From positions 15,192-79,191 of the forward strand of contig NZ_PAQR01000043.1 of assembly GCF_002709775.1 (NCBI RefSeq): a stretch of 64,000 nucleotides of DNA, in the 5' to 3' direction. The notes under the pieces are model-generated. The model did not search any database. It was not told the origin of the DNA and saw nothing but the letters and a program-made list of their open reading frames with translations. Made by a program: the position numbers and the translations under genes. This DNA comes from Thalassospira sp. GTDB lineage: Bacteria; Pseudomonadota; Alphaproteobacteria; Rhodospirillales; Thalassospiraceae. Position 1 is the first letter of the stretch. Each line of letters opens with the position of its first letter. This document shows, piece by piece, positions 57,093 through 64,000 of this stretch.

Positions 57093-57147
57093 GGGGGTCG
57101 TCCTGTTTCGTTTTACGTCGTGTGTTTCGCTTTAAATCGAGCCAACC

Positions 57148-58140
57148 TTACGAACCGGCGGCAAGCTTGCCCTGAAAACCGCCTTCGGGGGCATCGCCGC
57201 CCAGGGCACGGGTGATCAGTGTCGCATTATGATCGATCATGCCGATATAAGTACCTTCATAGGTGCCCGGATCGCCCATCGCATCGGAATAAAGCGTACC
57301 ACCAATCGTAACCTTCTGGCCACGGGCCTCGGCCCCTTCGATCAGGGCGCGGACATTACGCTCGGGGACGGAACTTTCAACAAACACGGCGGAAATCTTG
57401 CGATCAACGATGGTGTCGACTAGTTCCTCGACCCGACGCAGGCCGGCTTCGGATTCTGTTGAGATGCCCTGAATGCCCAGTACGTCAAAATCATAGCCGC
57501 GTCCGAAATAGCTAAAGGCGTCATGGGCGGTCAACAGCACGCGGCTTTGCTTGGGCACCGTGGCGGTGACCTTTGACATATAGTCGATCAGCTTTTCGAT
57601 CTCGGCAACATGGGCATCGGCATTGGTGCTATAGGTCGACTCACCATCCGGGTCGGTCGCAATCAGCGCATCGCGCACGGCATAAACCACCGTCTCCCAA
57701 AGTTTCGGATCCATCCAGACATGCGGGTCAAACCGGCCCTCATAGTCGGCATGACTCAAAAGCTTGTCACGGGCGACGGCCCCGCCAACCGCAACCACAT
57801 TGCGGCGTTTGCCAAGATCGCCAAAGAACTCTTCCAGCTGCGCTTCCAGATAAAGCCCATGCCACAGCACAAGATCGGCGCGCGCCATGGCGGCAATGTC
57901 GCTTCTGGTCTGACGATAGGAGTGCGGATCCACACCCGGGCCCATGAGCGCCTTGACCTCTGCGCGATCACCAGCGACCTGGCGGGCGGCGTCGGCAATC
58001 ATCGATGTCGTCGCAACCACATTGAGCGGTTTAGCATGTGACATGCTCGTGCCGGCAATCAATGCGAGGACAAGCAGGGCAAAGCAGAAGGTAAGATGGC
58101 GAAGGGTGGGGAAAAGCAGCATCAGGGCATCCGGCGGCAA
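57148..58140 (-). CDS. Mn/Fe/Zn ABC substrate-binding protein (TroA/SitA-like)
   Basis: GPGVDPHSY, DPHVWMDP, TAHDAFSYFG, LYSDAMG. Alternative start at 58122. Confidence 0.94.
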   Translation of the reverse strand: MPPDALMLLFPTLRHLTFCFALLVLALIAGTSMSHAKPLNVVATTSMIADAARQVAGDRAEVKALMGPGVDPHSYRQTRSDIAAMARADLVLWHGLYLEAQLEEFFGDLGKRRNVVAVGGAVARDKLLSHADYEGRFDPHVWMDPKLWETVVYAVRDALIATDPDGESTYSTNADAHVAEIEKLIDYMSKVTATVPKQSRVLLTAHDAFSYFGRGYDFDVLGIQGISTESEAGLRRVEELVDTIVDRKISAVFVESSVPERNVRALIEGAEARGQKVTIGGTLYSDAMGDPGTYEGTYIGMIDHNATLITRALGGDAPEGGFQGKLAAGS

Positions 58141-58186
58141 ATTGGAATTACTCTGGTGAATATCCCCTATTTATGTGCGGACTTTT

Positions 58187-58207
58187 AAAGTTAGTCAAGG
58201 CTAAATT
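58187..58207. promoter_or_regulatory. Putative MntR operator
   Basis: AAAGTTAGTCAAGGCTAAATT (TTAG-N6-CTAA dyad) between the divergent Mn ABC operon and mntR. Resembles the enterobacterial MntR box as recalled. Confidence 0.65.
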
Positions 58208-58263
58208 GCTATTTGCGTACTTACTTGTTATGAAGGTTTCAGGAGTCTGGAGTGGAGAGATCA

Positions 58264-58704
58264 ATGGGCGAAGACACGCCGCTGAACCCGCGTCACAACA
58301 AGGCCGAAGTGTTCGCACGCTTGCGCGACGCACATGCCCGCGAAGTGACCGAAGATTACGTCGAAATGATCGGTGACCTGATCGCTGAGGAAGGCGAAGC
58401 GCGCTCGGTCGCCCTGGCCGAACGCTTTGGCGTAACGGCGGCCACGGTCAATAACACCATCAAACGCCTGGAACGCGACGGCTACGTCACCTCCCGCCCC
58501 TACCGTTCAATCTTCCTGACAGAAAAAGGCGAAACCCTCGCCAAAAAATGTCGCGAACGCCACCAGATCGTCTATAACTTCCTCGTCTCCATCGGAGTTG
58601 ACCCCGAGATCGCCGAGTTTGATGCCGAGGGTATCGAGCATCATGTAAGTAAGGAGACTTTAGAAAAATTCGCCAACTTTTCTAGTGAGAATGTTGTCGA
58701 TTGA
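58264..58704 (+). CDS. mntR: Manganese transcriptional regulator MntR (DtxR family)
   Basis: EDYVEMI, RPYRSIFLT, RERHQIV, DAEGIEHHVS match the short E. coli-type MntR. Confidence 0.93.
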   Translation: MGEDTPLNPRHNKAEVFARLRDAHAREVTEDYVEMIGDLIAEEGEARSVALAERFGVTAATVNNTIKRLERDGYVTSRPYRSIFLTEKGETLAKKCRERHQIVYNFLVSIGVDPEIAEFDAEGIEHHVSKETLEKFANFSSENVVD

Positions 58705-58861
58705 GCGTTTTAACGAATCAAAAAAAAAGTAATTTGAAATTGCGTGTGTTTTTAGGTGCCATGATCGGATTTTGAGCTCTCTACTTTAATCAAGAAGCGA
58801 GGTTTCTAAATGCTTTTTGCGTGCAAGGTTAATTTTATTTTTGAGGTAAAGGTTTTGTCAG

Positions 58862-60115
58862 ATGAAGGTGTTGCATTTGAGCCATAGTGACGGTGGCAGT
58901 GGTGCTGGAAGAGCGGCTTATCGCATCCATACATCGTTCCAGAATGCCAACGTGGACTCAAAAATGTTGGTCAGCCGGAAGCGAACATCAGATTCTTCGG
59001 TCGAAACTATCGCTCGCAATGCTTTTGGGCATCAGCGTAATAGGCTCTATGAATATATTGAAGCAAAGGTGTCACGGAACCTTGCTGTGAATGCATCAGA
59101 ATTCCTCTCTTTCCCCCGATTTTCATTGTTGGATCCACCGAAAAATCTATTGGTGCAAGAAGCGGAAGTGATTCTGGCTTATTGGGTGAATGGCGCTTGC
59201 TTAACTCCAGAAAAGTTGGCCACGTTGGCTAAGCCATTGATATGGCGTTTATCAGATTGCTGGCCTTTTACAGGCGGCTGCCACTACCCAGGGAGTTGTG
59301 ACCGATTTGAAGTTGCTTGTGGTAACTGCCCGAAACTTCGGTCTCCTTCACCTTCCGATGTATCGCATAAGCTATGGCTTGAAAAAAAAGTGCATTGGCG
59401 CTCACTTAATCTAACAATAGTAGCTCCAAGTAACTGGATGGCGGCTTTGGCGAAGCGTAGCTCATTGTTTGATGGCCTGCGTATTGAGGTTATACCAACA
59501 GGTGTTGATCTAACCACTTATCGCCCTGTTGACCGCTCTCTAGCGAGGAAAAGATGGGGGGTGCCGGAAGATAAGCTAGTCATTGCTTTTGGTGCAATGA
59601 GCCCAGCTGATGATCATCGTAAAGGATATGACAAATTAAAGAATGCGTTGCAGTTGATTTCTGAGAGCCCTCTTGCCCCCGAGGTTTGTGCGGTAACATT
59701 CGGCAGCAATAGCTTTCAGACATCAGATTTGCCTATAAGTTCAATTTCTCTTGGCCGTCTGGAGAGTGATGAAGAGCTAGTATCTGCATATAATCTTGCT
59801 GACGTAATGGTCGTTCCGTCTGTTGAGGACAATCTCCCTAACATTGCTCTAGAGGCGATAGCATGTGGAACGCCGGTTGCGGCATTTGATCTTTGCGGCA
59901 TGCCCGATATTGTTCGGGATGGGAAGAATGGTCGTCTTGTCGAGGTTGCAGAGAGAGATAGCTTAGGGCGCGCAATTCTCGATATGCTTTCTGATTTAGG
60001 GAAGTTGTCTGACATGCGTGTCAATGCTAGAGAGCATGCTGAAGAAACCTTCTCGCTCCGTGATCAGGCAAATGCTTTTATAGGTTTATGCCATGAGATT
60101 AGATTAGGCCATTAA
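58862..60115 (+). CDS. Glycosyltransferase family 4 (WcaC-like)
   Basis: GGSGAGRAAYRIH, DCWPFTGGCHY, C-x-x-CP, EDNLPNIALEAIACGTPV. Confidence 0.88.
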   Translation: MKVLHLSHSDGGSGAGRAAYRIHTSFQNANVDSKMLVSRKRTSDSSVETIARNAFGHQRNRLYEYIEAKVSRNLAVNASEFLSFPRFSLLDPPKNLLVQEAEVILAYWVNGACLTPEKLATLAKPLIWRLSDCWPFTGGCHYPGSCDRFEVACGNCPKLRSPSPSDVSHKLWLEKKVHWRSLNLTIVAPSNWMAALAKRSSLFDGLRIEVIPTGVDLTTYRPVDRSLARKRWGVPEDKLVIAFGAMSPADDHRKGYDKLKNALQLISESPLAPEVCAVTFGSNSFQTSDLPISSISLGRLESDEELVSAYNLADVMVVPSVEDNLPNIALEAIACGTPVAAFDLCGMPDIVRDGKNGRLVEVAERDSLGRAILDMLSDLGKLSDMRVNAREHAEETFSLRDQANAFIGLCHEIRLGH

Positions 60116-60119
60116 TTGA

Positions 60120-60887
60120 ATGACTGCAGAAAATCATACCGAAAAAACGCCCAAGCCTTTTGTATCTGTTATAACTGTTGTCAGAAATGGTGCCTCTGTT
60201 ATTGGCCGCTGCATCGACAGTGTTTTGGCTCAGAGTATAGATGGGCTTGAGTATATTATTGTCGATGGTGCCTCGACGGATGGTACGACTGATATTATTC
60301 GCGGATATGGGAATGCAATTTCCACCTTTGTTAGTGAACCGGACAATGGATTATATGACGCGATGAATAAGGGCTTGTCTTTAGCCCAAGGAGAAGTAAT
60401 CCATTTCCTTAATGCAGATGACGTATATTTCTCTACTGATACGTTGGCAAAATTAATACCGGAATTGGACCGAAACGCCGTTTGCCATGCACAAATGTTA
60501 TATGTTGACATGCTCGGTAAGCGGCGACTGCTTGGGGAGCCGTATTCGCGTAAGCGTGAGCTCCGAGCTTCGCACATGCCGCAACCCGTTATGTTTGTAC
60601 CTAGGCGCATGTATTGTGAAGTCGGGCTATTCGATACTCAGTACCGGATAGCTGCCGATTACGACATGGTTTTGAAGTTAACGCAACGCTTCCCGACGCG
60701 CTATATTGAAGTTCCAGTAACCGTGATGTACGCAGGCGGAATAAGTTACCAGAGACCAGATTGGGCATTTGCAGAGTCTAAGCGAATAGCACGTCGGTAT
60801 GGGCGGAGTTGGATAGGTGGTTGGTTTGATTTTTTGCTGAAGCATATAAAATGGCAACTGGTGCGTAGGTTGCGTCAATTAAAGTGA
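60120..60887 (+). CDS. Glycosyltransferase family 2 (WcaE-like)
   Basis: SVITVVRN, IVDGASTDGT, SEPDNGLYDAMNKG, FLNADD, AADYD. Confidence 0.9.
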   Translation: MTAENHTEKTPKPFVSVITVVRNGASVIGRCIDSVLAQSIDGLEYIIVDGASTDGTTDIIRGYGNAISTFVSEPDNGLYDAMNKGLSLAQGEVIHFLNADDVYFSTDTLAKLIPELDRNAVCHAQMLYVDMLGKRRLLGEPYSRKRELRASHMPQPVMFVPRRMYCEVGLFDTQYRIAADYDMVLKLTQRFPTRYIEVPVTVMYAGGISYQRPDWAFAESKRIARRYGRSWIGGWFDFLLKHIKWQLVRRLRQLK

Positions 60888-60931
60888 AAATTTAGCCGCC
60901 TTTTTGATCTATTTTGAGAGAGATAATCTAA

Positions 60932-62089
60932 GTGGTCGTTGCTCTAGAGAACGATATTAATGTTTTGCACTTAATGCGAACGTATGGGGTAAATGGAGGA
61001 GAGCAGCAACTTTCTCAATTATTTGCCGCTAATAGTAATGAAAAATTGAACGAAAATTTCGCTTTTTTGTTCAAGGACGATGAGTGTGCTGAGCTTTTTC
61101 GAAAGCGCTCTAAGCGCTTGCAGCAGATTACTTTTTCTCAAAGATCACAACGAGCGGGCTTGGCATGGAGTGAGTTTTTCTTGCTTCTGCCTTACCTGAT
61201 ATTCTTTCAATGGCGGCTGTGGAGGGTACTAAAAAATCGAAATATTGATATTTGCGTTGTCCATGGCTTCCAAGCCGCGCTTGTTGCATGGCCTATTGCA
61301 ATGATGTATCGGGATATAGGTTGGGCATATGTTCACAGAACGACAAAAAAAGTGAGCCGCCTGAAAAAGATTTTTCGGCTTTTGTATGCGCCATTTAACG
61401 TTGTTGCTGGAAACTCCCAATCAGTAGTGTCCTCACTACATCCTTATACTGATGTTTCCAAGTTGTTGGCCCTGGAGAATGGTATAAATCTCCATGAGTT
61501 TGACGCTGCCGCCCAAAATATTACAGAAAATCTACCTTTGAAACGTGGAGATATATTAATTTCTGTAGGTAGATTGATACCTTCTAAAGGTCATCTAATG
61601 CTTTTAGAGGCGCTAAGTAATATTATAGATAATTATCCGAATACTAAGTTGTGGATTGTCGGGGAAGGGCCTGAAAGAGAGGTTTTGGAATATGAAATTA
61701 GGAAAAAAGAATTAGTTGACCATGTTGTTTTGCTCGGACGAAGGCGCGATGTTCCGGCCGTTCTAGCAAAAGCTTCGATATATGTCTCTGCATCAGAATG
61801 GGAAGGCATGAGTAACGCAGTGCTCGAAGGTATGGCCTCTGGCCTTCCTGCAGTTGTTGGAGATGCACCAGGCGTATCCGAATGTCACATTGACGGTGTA
61901 ACCGGTTTAATTGTTGATCGAAACCCTGAAGCATTGGCTCAAGGTGTATGCGAGCTGTTGGGCAATCAATCCTTGGCTGCAAGCTTGGGGAAGCATTCAA
62001 GGGCACACGTTGGCGAAAAGTACTCAATTTGGGCAAGTAGAAGGCGGTACGATACTCTCTATGACGTGCTATTGGGAGTGAAACGTTAA
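60932..62089 (+). CDS. Glycosyltransferase family 4
   Basis: GGEQQL, VGRLIPSKGH, GEGP, WEGMSNAVLEGMASGLP. Confidence 0.9.
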   Translation: MVVALENDINVLHLMRTYGVNGGEQQLSQLFAANSNEKLNENFAFLFKDDECAELFRKRSKRLQQITFSQRSQRAGLAWSEFFLLLPYLIFFQWRLWRVLKNRNIDICVVHGFQAALVAWPIAMMYRDIGWAYVHRTTKKVSRLKKIFRLLYAPFNVVAGNSQSVVSSLHPYTDVSKLLALENGINLHEFDAAAQNITENLPLKRGDILISVGRLIPSKGHLMLLEALSNIIDNYPNTKLWIVGEGPEREVLEYEIRKKELVDHVVLLGRRRDVPAVLAKASIYVSASEWEGMSNAVLEGMASGLPAVVGDAPGVSECHIDGVTGLIVDRNPEALAQGVCELLGNQSLAASLGKHSRAHVGEKYSIWASRRRYDTLYDVLLGVKR

Positions 62090-64000
62090 ATGTGCGGTAT
62101 TCTAGGATGGGTTGGGCGCCGCACTGGTTTGCCGAATCAAGAAGATTTTGGAGCTGCACTTGATCTAATTCGACATCGTGGCCCTGATGGCGGAAGGCTG
62201 TGGGTTGACGATGGAGTTTGCCTAGGGCATCGGCGTCTGGCTATCGTAGACTTGGAAGAGCGCGCTTCGCAACCTATGCAAACGCGCTCTCATGTGCTTG
62301 TTTTCAACGGAGAGATTTATAACCATAGGTGCATACGCTCTGAGCTAGCCGCGCTTGGTCACGAGTTTTCTACGAATTCTGATTCCGAGGTTTTGCTCTG
62401 TGCCTGGCTACAATGGGGAAGAGATTGCTTAAATCGCCTTGAAGGCATGTTTGCTTTTGCTGTTTGGGATAGGCAATCCCGGACACTAAGCTTGGCAAGA
62501 GATCGTTTCGGCGAAAAACCGTTGTTCTTTCATTGCGATGCACTGGGAGTAACGTTTGCGTCGGAGTTGCCGCCTTTGATTAGAATTGCCGGGAAAAACA
62601 TCCTGGAAGAGAACGACACGGCACTTGCCCAGTATTTTCAATTCTCTTATATCCCTGCACCTAAGAGTATTTTCAGAGGAGTGGAGCAACTTGCGCCGGG
62701 GGCTTGGTTGCAGTGGACAGAGGACGAAGGGATTTCTAAGGGAACCTACTACAACCTTCGCTCAGAGGTCGATTCAATCGAAACCAACAGAGGCTTTGGT
62801 TATAATGACGCAGTTGGAGAGTTGCGAACTGTCCTGACTACGGCAACACGATTGCGTTTAGAGAGTGCGGATGTGCCTGTCGCGACCCTCTTAAGCGGAG
62901 GGATAGACAGCTCAATTATAACTACGATTGCATCTGAAGTCAGTACAAGCAAGATAAAGGCGTATTCGCTAGGGTTTCCCAACGATCCTGAATTCGATGA
63001 GACAGTCTACGCCAAGGAAGTGGCCGGTTCCCTTCCAAATGTAGAGCATTGTGTGGTTGAGGTAACTGAAGACACAGTTCGTGATGGATGTGACCAAGTT
63101 TTAGATGCTTTAGGGGAGCCATTTGCTGATGCATCTATAATCCCGACGTCATTGATTTGCGCGCAAATAGACGAAAAAGTGGCTTTGGGCGGCGACGCGG
63201 CCGATGAACTATTTGGGGGATACGGTGTATATCCTGCGATCATGATGGGTGCTACGATGCCCTCTTGGCTTAGGTCGGTTATGATGAACGTTCCAGTTTC
63301 ATCGAACCCTGCCCTCATTAAAAACCCGAAACTCAGAGCCGCAGCCCTTTTCCTTAAAAACCTGAAGCGAACTCCGTGGGAGAGTTACCTGAGTTGGCGG
63401 ACATATGCTGATCATAGCCATCTACGGTCCATGAATTTAGCCTCAGCACAGTTCAATGAGACAATAGATGCCAAGCAATTTGGATTGGGTGACCTTAAAG
63501 ATATTCAAATGATGGACATAATGTTCAATCTGCCCAATGACATGCTTAAGAAGGTTGACTATGCAGCAATGATGCATGGGCTAGAAGTTCGCCTGCCGTT
63601 TCTTGATAGTGATATCGTAAAATTTGCACTTCAATTGCCGGAAGAATATAAAATATTTGGTAGCGTTCGGAAAAGAATTCTGAAAGACGCTTTCTCTAAT
63701 GTTTTGCCTCGAAGCATTATAGATAGGCCAAAAAAGGGATTTTTACTCCCAATCAGAAGCTGGTTTCGAACTGGAAATATTAGGCAAGATCTAAAAAATC
63801 TTGTTAGGTCGCAAAATCAATTCGATCCTAAGGAATGCGATCGGTTATTACATGAGCATGCTATAGGAAAATATGACCACTCAGTATTTTTGTGGTCCAT
63901 ATATGTGTATCTCAAATGGAAATCAAACTTAGGTGGATGGGTTAAGCACAAGGCACCAAATCATTTTAGTGTTACTACCAGTGAGCATGGTTTTAAAGAA
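62090..64000 (+). CDS. asnB: Asparagine synthase (glutamine-hydrolysing)-like amidotransferase, 3'-truncated by the window; absent from the ORF track
   Basis: Manual translation is open from 62090 to the end (637 codons): MCGI (Ntn Cys), HRGPD, HRRLAIVD, FNGEIYN, RDRFGEKP, LSGGIDSS, GDAADELFGGY, EVRLPFLD. Confidence 0.93.
   Translation, partial: MCGILGWVGRRTGLPNQEDFGAALDLIRHRGPDGGRLWVDDGVCLGHRRLAIVDLEERASQPMQTRSHVLVFNGEIYNHRCIRSELAALGHEFSTNSDSEVLLCAWLQWGRDCLNRLEGMFAFAVWDRQSRTLSLARDRFGEKPLFFHCDALGVTFASELPPLIRIAGKNILEENDTALAQYFQFSYIPAPKSIFRGVEQLAPGAWLQWTEDEGISKGTYYNLRSEVDSIETNRGFGYNDAVGELRTVLTTATRLRLESADVPVATLLSGGIDSSIITTIASEVSTSKIKAYSLGFPNDPEFDETVYAKEVAGSLPNVEHCVVEVTEDTVRDGCDQVLDALGEPFADASIIPTSLICAQIDEKVALGGDAADELFGGYGVYPAIMMGATMPSWLRSVMMNVPVSSNPALIKNPKLRAAALFLKNLKRTPWESYLSWRTYADHSHLRSMNLASAQFNETIDAKQFGLGDLKDIQMMDIMFNLPNDMLKKVDYAAMMHGLEVRLPFLDSDIVKFALQLPEEYKIFGSVRKRILKDAFSNVLPRSIIDRPKKGFLLPIRSWFRTGNIRQDLKNLVRSQNQFDPKECDRLLHEHAIGKYDHSVFLWSIYVYLKWKSNLGGWVKHKAPNHFSVTTSEHGFKE

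Larger units (their letters stand above)
58645..64000. other. Lower-GC surface polysaccharide (O-antigen/capsule/EPS) locus, continues past the window
   Basis: Abrupt switch to A/T-ending codons and AGA/AGG/TTA/ATA use, with glycosyltransferases and an amidotransferase. GC was judged by eye, not computed. Confidence 0.8.

Noticed and set aside
58704-58862. JUMPStart/ops element ahead of the glycan genes
   Set aside because: No GGCGGTAG-type sequence is present.

Overview
Mostly core chromosome of a marine alphaproteobacterium. Gene content, order and codon usage suggest Thalassospira/Rhodospirillales (inference). In order: a 5'-truncated thermonuclease-like gene, pip, a PagL-family deacylase, tRNA-Arg(CCT), a stand-alone hmgA, a coupled pair of unknown proteins, gcdR-like LysR / gcdH / CoA-transferase, a polyamine-type ABC transporter with a C-N hydrolase, a Tat-signal nicotinamidase, panE, a DMT transporter, two AraC regulators (one facing two orphan genes that share an operator-like motif), MFS, cpdB, gcrA, nnrU, NUDIX and ACT genes, an MHYT-PAS-GGDEF-EAL protein, an M23 peptidase, maoC-ribF-ileS-lspA-DUF3035, an M16 peptidase pair, mutL, a motAB stator pair with a pseudo-receiver/pentapeptide-repeat gene, a siderophore-interacting protein with a Fur-like box, and a Mn ABC operon with mntR. 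From about 58.65 kb to the end is a lower-GC surface-polysaccharide locus (three glycosyltransferases and a 3'-truncated AsnB-like amidotransferase). The best observations missing from the ORF track are: an Ile/Val-rich leader peptide with a hairpin before a lone IlvM-like ACT gene, a 265-bp MITE-like element with perfect 28-bp terminal inverted repeats, a shared 21-bp-spaced operator before two orphan genes, and a 40-aa membrane protein. No CRISPR array, rRNA, prophage or transposase was seen. All family calls come from motif recognition by eye; no database searches were run.
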